The notes under the pieces: model-generated
Database searches by the model: none
Told to the model about the DNA's origin: nothing
Seen by the model: only the letters and a program-made list of their open reading frames with translations
Shown here: positions 47,567 to 57,139 of the stretch, in pieces
Layout of the letters: each line of letters starts with the position of its first letter
Position numbering within the stretch: position 1 is the stretch's first letter
Made by a program: the position numbers and the translations under genes
Assembly: GCA_947632595.1 (NCBI GenBank)
Contig: CANRPY010000001.1
Span: 2,457 to 66,456, forward strand
Source of the DNA: an uncultured Bacilli bacterium
GTDB taxonomy: Bacteria; Bacillota_I; Bacilli_A; RF39; UBA660
Length of the DNA stretch: 64,000 nt
Reading direction: 5' to 3'

Positions 47567-48509
47567 TTGTAAAACTCCTCTCTATATTGGCAATATCTTT
47601 CCAATTCACAGGGAATCCCATTCTATTTAGTACCTCTGTTATTTGTATGGTATGTAGATTATAATCTAGTGTTTCTATTACATGATCTAATTCTAATACC
47701 ATGTTTTTAAAGTCTTCTTGTAGTAGTAATTGCTTCATAATAATAATAAGGGCAAATAAGTCATTCTTTCCTTGTACGTATTCTTCGTCTACTTTTTTAA
47801 TTCTTAATAATTGATGATAGACTGTGTCATCAATTGCTTTTTGGGTTTTATTTTCATATAAGATATCTTCATGAGCACATAAATTTCTATAGTTTGCTAA
47901 AATCGGTAAATAAGTAATCATCGTACTTGGTGTTACTTCATAAATATTCGCAATTTCTTTTTGATCTTCTGGTTTTAAAACTTGATATAGTTCACTTACA
48001 ATTCCAAAAGATAATACTTTTACTAAGATCCAAAGTGGTATATATCCATAATTTGATGCATAGTGTACTGTAGCAGTATGTTGTGCTCCATTTACTCGAA
48101 TTTGTCTTTTCATCTTTTTTAATAAGTCATTTAATTGTGCTTGTCTAGATGGTTCACTTGTAAAGTTTTTTGCTTTTAAATAATCTCTTTCTCGATATCC
48201 ATATTTTTTAGATAATTGATAAGACATAATAGACTTTAAGTTATTTTCTATTACTAATAGGTATTTAAATAAGATGTTTCTAAAGGAACGATCAAATAAG
48301 AAGAGACTATATAATTCTTCAAAGGTTGCTCCTTCTTTAAATCTTTTGTCTTCTTCTGATAGAACGAATAAATGACGATATCCATTTAAGAAGAAATAGT
48401 TTTCTCTTAACAACACTTTTTTAGCATATTTTTCATCACTTACGGTTAGTCCTTTGTATTTAAAGATTTCTATTTGTTCATCTAAGTTTTTAAAGTTTTT
48501 CTCTATCAT
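47550..48509 (-). CDS. Abi_2 (AbiD/AbiF-like) HEPN abortive-infection family protein
   Basis: N-terminus ...QIEIFKYKGLTVSDEKYAKKVLLRENYFFLNGY and the HEPN motif YRNLCAHED. The stop overlaps the htrA-like start by 17 nt. Confidence 0.7.
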   Translation of the reverse strand: MIEKNFKNLDEQIEIFKYKGLTVSDEKYAKKVLLRENYFFLNGYRHLFVLSEEDKRFKEGATFEELYSLFLFDRSFRNILFKYLLVIENNLKSIMSYQLSKKYGYRERDYLKAKNFTSEPSRQAQLNDLLKKMKRQIRVNGAQHTATVHYASNYGYIPLWILVKVLSFGIVSELYQVLKPEDQKEIANIYEVTPSTMITYLPILANYRNLCAHEDILYENKTQKAIDDTVYHQLLRIKKVDEEYVQGKNDLFALIIIMKQLLLQEDFKNMVLELDHVIETLDYNLHTIQITEVLNRMGFPVNWKDIANIERSFTNEEEE

Positions 48510-48608
48510 AGTCTCACCTATTATAGATTATAGCATATTATTTTCCAAAAGTACTTAAATTTTCTAGATTTTGTATGCTATAATAATGATAAGTAGGTTT
48601 TAGGGGGA

Positions 48609-49583
48609 ATGGTTATGCCGTCAACAGCAACGCATGCTTTTTTCGTGAAGGATGTTTATGATATTTTACCAGAAAAAATTGGAAAGAATTTGAATCTATC
48701 CAAATGTAGAATGTATGGTCAAAGTATTGATAGTTTAAAATTTTATCGTTTATTTTCTTTTTTACCGGGTAAGAAGATTCGTGATTTTCAGAAGTATTTT
48801 CATGAAAATCAATCTCAAGAATTTTTTTGTAATTTGCTTCACTATATGAAGGATAATGATATTCATGATGAAGATACCTATTCCTATTTATTTGGTAGTA
48901 TTTGCCATTATGCATTAGATTCTACGATTCATCCTTATATTGTTTATCGTAGTGGAATTTTTGATTCTAAAAATCCATCTACTTATCATTATAATAATGT
49001 TCATACGTTTATGGAGAATTTTATTGATAATGATATGATTCAAAGAAGAACGAAAACCAATCCTTATTACTTTGACTTTTCTCAATTCTGCTTTTCGATT
49101 TCTCCTTTTTCTACGGAGTTAGCGAATACCATTGATTTTGCTTATTATAATACTTTTGGGATTTCTAATATGAGTCAGATTTATTATGATTCTCTAAAAC
49201 AGATGAAGATGGCTATTACTCTTTTTCGAAGAGATCCTAGGGGGATTAAAAAGTTCTTTTATCAGTTACTAGATTCCTTTACAAGTAGACGTTGTTTTCG
49301 ATTTGAAGCAGTTAGTTACCATGGAGAATTAGAGGATAAGCATGATTATTTAAATAGTCAACATCGACTATGGAGAAATCCTGCCATTTATGATAAAACT
49401 AGTACAGAGTCTTTTGTTGATTTATATCTTAAAGCTATTAAGTTTGCAAAAGTGTTAATGTGTGCCAGTTGTGATTACTTAAGTGGGAAGAATATTGATT
49501 TAGAAAAGATTTTTGATAATACAAGTTATGTTACTGGTCTTAATTGTAATGACAAAAGAGAATTAAAATATTTTGATTTTTAA
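48609..49583 (+). CDS. Zinc-dependent phospholipase C-family protein (tentative)
   Basis: The N-terminal MPSTATHAFF pattern and His-rich segments (CHYALDSTIHPY) recall the PF00882-type family. Confidence 0.4.
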   Translation: MVMPSTATHAFFVKDVYDILPEKIGKNLNLSKCRMYGQSIDSLKFYRLFSFLPGKKIRDFQKYFHENQSQEFFCNLLHYMKDNDIHDEDTYSYLFGSICHYALDSTIHPYIVYRSGIFDSKNPSTYHYNNVHTFMENFIDNDMIQRRTKTNPYYFDFSQFCFSISPFSTELANTIDFAYYNTFGISNMSQIYYDSLKQMKMAITLFRRDPRGIKKFFYQLLDSFTSRRCFRFEAVSYHGELEDKHDYLNSQHRLWRNPAIYDKTSTESFVDLYLKAIKFAKVLMCASCDYLSGKNIDLEKIFDNTSYVTGLNCNDKRELKYFDF

Positions 49584-49591
49584 TTCTTTTT

Positions 49592-50650
49592 TTGTATAAT
49601 TTTTTTCTTTTCTTCCATTTTATTAATGGTGATAGTATGATTTCTAGTTATGAAGTTCGTCAAGAAAATGGAGAAGAAGTTTTATATTTTCATCTTTCTT
49701 ATCAATATGAGTTTGCAGAGGAGTTTTCTACCTATGCAGAAAGAGATTTAAGGATTTTATCGAATCAGTTTTTAAATACCAATCAAATTCCTTTTCATGG
49801 AAATCAGGTTTATTTTTTATTAGATGGGAAAATTGTTCGTAAGATTTCTCTTAAAAAGGAATCTTTCTTTTATGGACCTGATCAATTTGTTTTATCGATT
49901 CAGATTGATGAGAAAGCTTATAGTGAAATCTTTTTAAGAGAGTATTTGTTAAGTATTTTGTTTTCTTATTATTCTCCTCAGTATGGAGATGAAGTTTTTA
50001 AATGTATTTGTGTTTTATTTCAAACGTATGCTTATAAAATGATGAGAGATTTTTCTTGTCTTCCTCATCATTCTCTTTTTGGTGAGTATGTTGCTTCTAT
50101 AGAGTATCAAGATACTTATCAAAATTATAAGGCTATGGTGGATCGATTTAATGGAATTATTGATTCTGTTTCTTGTATTTTTCTTGGGTATCAAAAAGAG
50201 TATATTCTTCCTTTTATTCATCTTTCTAATAGTGGGAAGACGTTATCGAATATTAAATATCCTTATTTAAGTAGTGTTAAGAGTTTGTGGGATATTACTT
50301 CTCCTAATTATTTATCTTTTGTGGATTATGATTTTTCTACTCTTAGTCGTCTTTTTCATGTAAAAATTACTTCACAGTCTAAGATTCAAATCTTACATCA
50401 AGGGGAACTTGTACAGTTTGGATATAAGAATTTTTCTCTTTTAGAAATTAAGAATCTTTTAAAATTAAAGTCTGTTGATATTCTTATTCTTGTTTATCGA
50501 GATCGTGTCCGTTTTGTTACGAGAGGGGTTGGGAATGCTCTTGGACTTAGTCTTTTTGGAGCTTGTACGATTGAAGAAAATGGTGGAAAGTATGATCAAA
50601 TCTTACGCTATTATTTTCCAAAGTGTATGCTTTATCAAAATGTAAAATAA
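49592..50650 (+). CDS. SpoIID/LytB-domain protein with degenerate catalytic region
   Basis: CVLFQTYAYKM (cf. AVAARTYA), HLSNSGKT (cf. SxSGGxT), RGVGNALGLSLFGA (cf. RGxGHGVGMSQxGA), ILRYYFP. The probable true start is MISSYEV at about 49637. Confidence 0.6.
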   Translation: MYNFFLFFHFINGDSMISSYEVRQENGEEVLYFHLSYQYEFAEEFSTYAERDLRILSNQFLNTNQIPFHGNQVYFLLDGKIVRKISLKKESFFYGPDQFVLSIQIDEKAYSEIFLREYLLSILFSYYSPQYGDEVFKCICVLFQTYAYKMMRDFSCLPHHSLFGEYVASIEYQDTYQNYKAMVDRFNGIIDSVSCIFLGYQKEYILPFIHLSNSGKTLSNIKYPYLSSVKSLWDITSPNYLSFVDYDFSTLSRLFHVKITSQSKIQILHQGELVQFGYKNFSLLEIKNLLKLKSVDILILVYRDRVRFVTRGVGNALGLSLFGACTIEENGGKYDQILRYYFPKCMLYQNVK

Positions 50651-50652
50651 AA

Positions 50653-50673
50653 AAGAACAACAATTTTGTTCTT
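50653..50673. terminator. Bidirectional intrinsic terminator
   Basis: AAGAACAA-caatt-TTGTTCTT flanked by an A-run and a T-run, between convergent gene ends at 50650 and 50678. Confidence 0.7.
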
Positions 50674-50677
50674 TTTA

Positions 50678-50890
50678 TTATTTTCCTGTTAAATCACTGA
50701 TTGCTTTATCGGCATCTTTATTTAACTCTACAATATTTTCTAAGAATTTTGCATAGGCTTCTACCGTATCGGTAAAATCTACTAAGTCTTCTATTTCTCT
50801 TCCTCTTGCCATCACTTCTACGGCTTCGGCTTCTGTTCTTAGTTCTTTTGCGAAAGCTAGAACTTGTTCATAGGTTAGTTTCCCTATCAT
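50678..50890 (-). CDS. Small helical protein, last gene of the T7SS-like operon
   Basis: 70 aa with predicted helix-turn-helix-hairpin character and no WXG. 4-nt overlap with the upstream gene. Confidence 0.4.
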   Translation of the reverse strand: MIGKLTYEQVLAFAKELRTEAEAVEVMARGREIEDLVDFTDTVEAYAKFLENIVELNKDADKAISDLTGK

Positions 50891-51369
50891 TCTCCTAACA
50901 CCTCCAAACCTCCTGGCGCTGCCGGTATTGTTGGAACTTCTGGGATGCTTACAACTTCTTGTTGTGGGGCTTGTTGTACTGGTGCTGTCTCAGGAATTGT
51001 CTCCATTTGTTGTGGCATAGCTTCTGTTGGAAGAGAAGCCATATCGCTTGTTGGCTGTTCTAAGGATTGTGGTTGTGTCTCTGGAGCTAGGCTTTCTACC
51101 GGTTGAGTTGTAGGAGAATCCAAGTTTTCTTCCGGTTGAGTTGTGGAAGTTGACTCTTCTGTTGTTGAGGAATCCGTAATATCACTCATATCTACTTTTA
51201 CAGTTGGTGGTTGTTTTATTAATTCTGCTTTTGATGTTACAACACTTTTAAATTCATCAATTGACTCAATATAATTCTTATTATCTATGTTGTTCCAACC
51301 TACCTTTAATTTTTCTAAGTAATCGAATATCTTGTTTACGGCTGTTACATATCGATTATAATCATCCAT
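50887..51369 (-). CDS. WXG100-like (degenerate) N-terminal helical domain with a P/T/Q/E-rich tail; candidate T7SS substrate
   Basis: N-terminal roughly 80 aa are helical, with LKVGWNNID in place of WxG. The C-terminal low-complexity TTQPEENLDSPTTQPVESLAPETQPQ repeats. Position is directly after the YukD-like gene. Confidence 0.4.
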   Translation of the reverse strand: MDDYNRYVTAVNKIFDYLEKLKVGWNNIDNKNYIESIDEFKSVVTSKAELIKQPPTVKVDMSDITDSSTTEESTSTTQPEENLDSPTTQPVESLAPETQPQSLEQPTSDMASLPTEAMPQQMETIPETAPVQQAPQQEVVSIPEVPTIPAAPGGLEVLGE

Positions 51370-51382
51370 GTTACCCCTCCTA

Positions 51383-51640
51383 CTATATTAATATAATTCT
51401 AGAACCGTTCTTTAAATCTGTATCTCGAATTGTTTTATTAACATCGTAAATTTCTCCTGTTTCTTTACTATATAAATTGGTATCTTGTCTTGGAATATAG
51501 GCTTTGTCTGTTAATTCAATTAAAGAATTTTCTATTAGACTTTTGATGGTTCCTACTTTTTTATTAATTGGAATAAACATATCGTATTTTACTTCAATAA
51601 GAGGGATTTCTAATTCTATTAATATTTTATTATTTTCCAT
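51383..51640 (-). CDS. esaB: EsaB/YukD-like ubiquitin-fold protein
   Basis: 85 aa. The pattern IELEIP..KYDMFIP..KVGTIKSLI...LKNGSRIILI is typical of YukD. Immediately downstream of essC. Confidence 0.6.
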   Translation of the reverse strand: MENNKILIELEIPLIEVKYDMFIPINKKVGTIKSLIENSLIELTDKAYIPRQDTNLYSKETGEIYDVNKTIRDTDLKNGSRIILI

Positions 51641-51648
51641 ATTTCCTC

Positions 51649-54600
51649 CTATTCATCTGCCATTAACTTCATTAACTCAGCTTTTCCTTTTTTGATTACA
51701 TAACCAAATCCTGGATCGATTTCTGCTCTTAGAATACGAGAATTGGTTGTTACTTTTAGAGTAAATTGGTTACCAATTCCATTACCCATCCAAATACCTT
51801 CAGCCATATCACAGTTTCCTTTGTACCAAGCTTCGAAGTTGATTGCTTTAATGGCATCAATGGTATCTACTATGATAAAGCGGATGTTTCCTTTTTGTTT
51901 CGAATCGGTAATCATTCCTGTTAGAGAGGCTTTGGTTGTAGCATCCATCTTGGATAACATGGAGTTAATATTCATTAAGAAAGTAAATACTGTTTTTGTT
52001 GGATCGTTTTGTTCTACTGATTGTTTTAATTTTTCAATCGATGCACTACAATCATCGGTACTATATGTTGCATTTGGAAGACTTAAGTCACTTAGGATAC
52101 TATTCGGATCTAGGACAATAACTTCCACATTTTGAACGGATAATAAGTTCTTGATGAATCCTCTGATAAATCCTGGTTCTGCAGTAATATCATCACCAGT
52201 CATGTTATACATAAACTTGTTGTTGAAGTCGACAGTAGCTGTCTCCAATGTTTCTTTGGTAACACCAACTGGAATCGTCTTTAAGTTTCCTAGGTACTCT
52301 GATACATACTCTTGAGATACTACTTCTGGTAGTACTGGAATCTTTGTTGCTTTGTAGTCACAAATCATATTTAATTTTTCACAAACTACTTTGATATAGT
52401 CTGCCATTTTTTCTTCTTTATATGGGTATGCTGTTTGGAATTCAAAGATGGCATCTAATAGAATCATACCACGACCATATGCTTTTGATGGTTCCTTCTT
52501 ACGTACTCCTGGAATAACGGATGAATAATCTCCAGGGTCGTTAAATTGTAATACGACATTTTGTCTGAAGTTTTGTCTTAGACGATAGCGAACGGTATTT
52601 GGACCATTGGTACTGAAGACAAATACAACACCATATTTTAAGCAATCTCTTGTCATTTGTCCTATCATTTCTTCATAATCTGCATAGGTCTCGATAAAGG
52701 CCTCTACATTATTAATAATGATGACAATTAATGGGATTTGTTTTCCACCATGGTTGATATAGAAGTCGAAAGATCCATTATAATCTGTAAATAATTTCTT
52801 TCTCTCTTCTAGGACATTATCAATATACTTAAATAAGTTGGCTATTTTTTCAGCATCGTTTCCTAAGATAACTTCTCCAACATGTGGAGCATTTCTAAAC
52901 ATCGTTAATGTTTCTGCTCCAAAGTCTAAGATGTAGAAGTTAACTTCATTGGAATTATGTCCAGTAATACATGAATAGATAATTCCTGTAAGCATTAATT
53001 CCTTACCATTTCCAGCAGAACCGAATACTATGGTATTTCCTAATTCGGATAGTGGTAATGTTAAAAGGTTTTGTGCTTGGTTATCTGGATCATCGTATTC
53101 TCCAATGATTGGATTAATCACATTCTTTACTGGTTTATACTGATACTTTTCTTTTAAGGCATCTGTATAAATAACGTCTGGAATTCTTGGTAACCATAAT
53201 TGTTCAATTTGAATATTTTCACTTTTAGCTTCTTCTACGATGTATTTAATAATATTGGTGATTTCTTCTCCTTTAGACTGAACAATAATATCATCTTTTT
53301 TGGTATCTAATGATTTAATTGGAGATCCAACATTATCTACAATGGTGATAGATTGATCTACTTTTTTCTTTCTTTTTTCTGTTGGATAATATTGTGCTCC
53401 TGCCCATGCTGCTTGTCCCATTGCGAATAGTTCGTTGTAACCTACTTGTAAGTAGAAACGTCCGGTATTTTTTAACTCTGCTGCATCTGGACATTTAATC
53501 ATATCCATACTATCTGATTTATCTTGTACTCTTAAACATACACGGAATTTAGAGTTGGACCAGATTTGGTCATTAACAACACCACTTGGTTTCTGGGTTG
53601 CTAGAATAAGGTGAACTCCTAGGGAACGTCCGATACGAGCAGTTGAAATTAATTGTTCCATGAACTCTGGTCTTTGATCTTTTAATTCGGCGAACTCGTC
53701 GGAAACAATAAATAAGTGAGAAATTGGTGTATCTACTAATCCTCTACGATATAGGTTTTGATATTTATAAATATCGATGGTACTTTCATTTAATTTATCT
53801 CTTGCTTCATTAAATTGTCTTTGACGTTTTCTTAACTCTGATTGAATGGATGCTAAGGAACGGTTCATTTCTACGGTATCTAGGTTGGTAATCGTTCCTG
53901 CTAAGTGTGGTAGTTTTACTCCAGTTTCTCTGTTTTCAAAAGCTCCAGTTAAACCTCCACCTTTATAGTCGATTAGAATGAAAGAGACTTCATATGGGTG
54001 ATAGTTAATTGCCATTGATAAGATATAGGTAATGATAAATTCTGATTTACCAGAACCGGTCATACCAGCAATTAATCCATGTGGTCCATGTGCTTTTTCA
54101 TGTAAGTCTAGTTTAAATAATTCTCTTGCTTTATCAAAGCCAACGGGTGCCTGTAGAGACTTCGTTGGGTCATTTACTTTCCAACGGTTTAAAATATTTA
54201 ATTGTTCTACCATACCAACATTACACATTTCAAGGAAAGATACACTGGTTGGTAAGGCTTGTGCTTCTTTGGCAATATCAATTGGAATATTACTAATGAT
54301 TTTACAACATTCATAGATATTTAATGTTGGATCAAAGTCTGCAACAAACTCTTTTTGTTTGTTGGCAACTAATTCGTTTTCAAATACTCCTGATTTTTTA
54401 TCCCCGATACTAATAAATGCTTTACATTCATTCGGGATATTTACAAGTCTTGGACTTACGACAACTAAACTAAATCCATAATTGACTGGCATACTAGTAA
54501 CATCTTTTAATAATTCAATATCTCTTACCGATTTATAGTCATCTGTTAGGATTAAGTAATATGGTTTATAACTATGATAGTCTGCTCCATTTACATCCAT

Positions 54601-56220
54601 TTTTCCATTATTATCTGTAAATTTTCTACTTTGCATTTCTTTTTCTAGTTCTAGAGATATTTGTTTTGCTTCATCTAGATTGGTTGCGAAATAACGGAAT
54701 GTTTTTTCATTATTCCAACAATGTGGTGCTATTTTTAAGTATTCCCAATTACTCTCATTTTGACTATTGGTAAATAACACTATCTTTAAATCTTCATAAC
54801 TATGATAAGTAATCATTTGTAGAATTAGTCCATCTACAAATTGTTTTTTATTGGTTGCTGTACCAATGATTGCTACTATATTACGATTAATAAAGTTAAG
54901 AGAGATTGGTACATTTTCTAGTGTTCTAGATACAGCACCTACTTTGTATACTTCTTTTAGTAAGTCATCTGTTTTTAAAGCAAAGTGTTCTTCTGGAATA
55001 CTAACGACTCCTCGTAGTTCTGAGGAACCTACTCCTAATCTTAAGTCTAAGAAATCTACTTGACCGATTTCTCTTTCCCATAGATTTCTTTTCTTTTGAT
55101 AGATAATTTCTTTGGTTTGATCTAGTGGTAGATAATTATCAATCAAGATTTGTCTTTGCATTTTCATTTCTGCTTGAATATTTTCTTTTTTGGTATCTAG
55201 ATATTTTAAGTATTTTACGTTTCTTTCTTTTTCTGCTTTTTTCATTTGTTTCTTTTGGAAACGTTTTTGTAGGCTTGGCCATACTAACATAGAAGACATC
55301 ATGGCTCCCATCATAACAAGAGTTGGAGCTGCTGATTCCCAGTCTGTTGTTCCATTGATGACTCCTTGTAGAGCAGAGATTCCTGTTGACATAGAAGACA
55401 TAGCCATAGTCATCATTGGTCCTAAGGTATAAATTAATGGTGTATTATCTTCTTGCATTTGGGTACCTGGAGGTGGATCAATTACGATATTGGCATCTAC
55501 AATTCCGGTTTTAAAACGAGGTGCTCTATAGAAGTAATCATCTTCTTTATAAAATTCTATGGTTTCTTCATCTGGATTATCAAATTCTGTTTGTTTTTGT
55601 ACAAAGGATGAAATAGACTCTAAGTAATTATTATCTATACTTAAATTTGGTCCAATATTATTAATAATAAGGGTATCTTTTAAGACAATGATTTTTAATC
55701 CCATGATAAAAATAATATCACCATATTGTAATTGTCTTGAAGTGATAGCAATTCCATTTACATAGGTTCCGTACTTACTATTTAAGTCTTGTACTACCCA
55801 TACACCATTGTTATAAATTAATTTTGCATGTTCTCTTGATACTAACGGAAAGTTAAAACAGATTGGGGCTTTTCCATAATTACCAATTAAAAGTTCATTT
55901 TTATCTCGTAAACGAAGTCGATAACTTTCTTTATCTACTGTTGGGGAACAGTATAGAATTACATATTCGTTATCGGTATTAATTTTCAAAAAATATAAGC
56001 TGTAATCTTTTAAGTAAGCAGATTCTACTTCCATCTCTCCAGACATGATTTTTGTTTCAAAGTCTGACTTTATTTTCCATTTTCCATCTTCTTCTTCAAC
56101 GTTAATTAAGTTTCTTACGTTTCCTAAATAATCGTTATCTGTAATCCAATAGTTTCCAGAAATTTTATTTGGCAGAGTGAAGTTATATATTTTCTTTTTC
56201 TTGATTAACCTTACAATCAT
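51649..56220 (-). CDS. essC: Type VII secretion FtsK/SpoIIIE-family ATPase EssC (N-terminal FHA domains, 2 TM, three ATPase modules)
   Basis: FHA-like REHAKLIYNNGVWVVQDLNSKYGTYVNG. TM pair LGPMMTMAMSSMSTGI / LVMMGAMMSSMLVW. Walker A GLIAGMTGSGKSE, Walker B LFIVSDEFAEL, plus further degenerate P-loops (FGSAGNGKE). Confidence 0.88.
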   Translation of the reverse strand: MIVRLIKKKKIYNFTLPNKISGNYWITDNDYLGNVRNLINVEEEDGKWKIKSDFETKIMSGEMEVESAYLKDYSLYFLKINTDNEYVILYCSPTVDKESYRLRLRDKNELLIGNYGKAPICFNFPLVSREHAKLIYNNGVWVVQDLNSKYGTYVNGIAITSRQLQYGDIIFIMGLKIIVLKDTLIINNIGPNLSIDNNYLESISSFVQKQTEFDNPDEETIEFYKEDDYFYRAPRFKTGIVDANIVIDPPPGTQMQEDNTPLIYTLGPMMTMAMSSMSTGISALQGVINGTTDWESAAPTLVMMGAMMSSMLVWPSLQKRFQKKQMKKAEKERNVKYLKYLDTKKENIQAEMKMQRQILIDNYLPLDQTKEIIYQKKRNLWEREIGQVDFLDLRLGVGSSELRGVVSIPEEHFALKTDDLLKEVYKVGAVSRTLENVPISLNFINRNIVAIIGTATNKKQFVDGLILQMITYHSYEDLKIVLFTNSQNESNWEYLKIAPHCWNNEKTFRYFATNLDEAKQISLELEKEMQSRKFTDNNGKMDVNGADYHSYKPYYLILTDDYKSVRDIELLKDVTSMPVNYGFSLVVVSPRLVNIPNECKAFISIGDKKSGVFENELVANKQKEFVADFDPTLNIYECCKIISNIPIDIAKEAQALPTSVSFLEMCNVGMVEQLNILNRWKVNDPTKSLQAPVGFDKARELFKLDLHEKAHGPHGLIAGMTGSGKSEFIITYILSMAINYHPYEVSFILIDYKGGGLTGAFENRETGVKLPHLAGTITNLDTVEMNRSLASIQSELRKRQRQFNEARDKLNESTIDIYKYQNLYRRGLVDTPISHLFIVSDEFAELKDQRPEFMEQLISTARIGRSLGVHLILATQKPSGVVNDQIWSNSKFRVCLRVQDKSDSMDMIKCPDAAELKNTGRFYLQVGYNELFAMGQAAWAGAQYYPTEKRKKKVDQSITIVDNVGSPIKSLDTKKDDIIVQSKGEEITNIIKYIVEEAKSENIQIEQLWLPRIPDVIYTDALKEKYQYKPVKNVINPIIGEYDDPDNQAQNLLTLPLSELGNTIVFGSAGNGKELMLTGIIYSCITGHNSNEVNFYILDFGAETLTMFRNAPHVGEVILGNDAEKIANLFKYIDNVLEERKKLFTDYNGSFDFYINHGGKQIPLIVIIINNVEAFIETYADYEEMIGQMTRDCLKYGVVFVFSTNGPNTVRYRLRQNFRQNVVLQFNDPGDYSSVIPGVRKKEPSKAYGRGMILLDAIFEFQTAYPYKEEKMADYIKVVCEKLNMICDYKATKIPVLPEVVSQEYVSEYLGNLKTIPVGVTKETLETATVDFNNKFMYNMTGDDITAEPGFIRGFIKNLLSVQNVEVIVLDPNSILSDLSLPNATYSTDDCSASIEKLKQSVEQNDPTKTVFTFLMNINSMLSKMDATTKASLTGMITDSKQKGNIRFIIVDTIDAIKAINFEAWYKGNCDMAEGIWMGNGIGNQFTLKVTTNSRILRAEIDPGFGYVIKKGKAELMKLMADE

Positions 56221-56353
56221 TGGTAATCACCCCGTATTATTCTGATTATATATTTTATTATATAATTTATTTCTTTTTTTTACAATAAGATTTCCTTGGA
56301 TTCTCTATTTTTAACAAGATTTTTCTTTTTACATATTTTATATTGGTGATATT

Positions 56354-57139
56354 ATGTTTCAAACAATTTCTACATTTTCTCCTACTGTTTTAGCTCTTAT
56401 TGGGGGAGTTTTTGCTTTTTGCTTTACGACTGGTGGGGCTGCCATTGTATTTTTCTTTCGAAAAGTCAATAAAAATGTGATGGACTCTATGCTTTCTTGT
56501 TCGGCTGGCATTATGCTTTCGGCTGCTTTCTTTTCGCTTTTGAATCCTGCGATTGAACTATCGCAAAAGATTCATCAAAGTTTCTTTCTTTCTATTTTTC
56601 TAGGGTTTCTAGTTGGTGGCTTCTTTATTTTTTTGTGCAATCGCTTTATTGAACACTCTCCGATTGAACTTACGAAGCATTTTAGTATTCGGCGTTGTAT
56701 TTTACTGATTACTTCTATTACTCTTCACAATATTCCAGAGGGTCTTGCGATTGGAGTTGCCTTTGGTACTATGCGATATGGGGGAAGTCTTATTTCTGCA
56801 GCGGTTTTAACTCTTGGAATTGCAATCCAAAACTTTCCAGAGGGTAGTGCTATTAGTCTTCCTTTGCGAAGAGAAAATGTCTCTAGGTTTCGATCTTTTC
56901 TTTTTGGGGTTGCGACTGGTCTTGTAGAACCTATTTCTGCGGTTATTGGAGCATTCTTAGTCTTAAAGATTCAAACAATTTTACCTTTTGTTTTATCTTT
57001 CGCAGCAGGTGCTATGTTATTTGTCACAGCATTGGAACTTATTCCAGAGAGTCAAACGAATAAAAATAAAGACCTCATGGCCTTTATCTTATTACTTGGT
57101 TTTTCTGTTATGATGTTTTTAGAAATCTATTTAGGATAA
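56354..57139 (+). CDS. ZIP-family divalent metal transporter (ZupT-like)
   Basis: Polytopic protein with LHNIPEGLAIG and QNFPEGSAIS signature helices. Confidence 0.8.
   Translation: MFQTISTFSPTVLALIGGVFAFCFTTGGAAIVFFFRKVNKNVMDSMLSCSAGIMLSAAFFSLLNPAIELSQKIHQSFFLSIFLGFLVGGFFIFLCNRFIEHSPIELTKHFSIRRCILLITSITLHNIPEGLAIGVAFGTMRYGGSLISAAVLTLGIAIQNFPEGSAISLPLRRENVSRFRSFLFGVATGLVEPISAVIGAFLVLKIQTILPFVLSFAAGAMLFVTALELIPESQTNKNKDLMAFILLLGFSVMMFLEIYLG

Noticed and set aside
51090-51150. Direct DNA repeat ccggttgagttgt(a/g)gga within 50887-51369.
   Set aside because: It encodes the repeated TTQPxE peptide of the low-complexity tail. This is a coding repeat, not a regulatory or CRISPR-like element.
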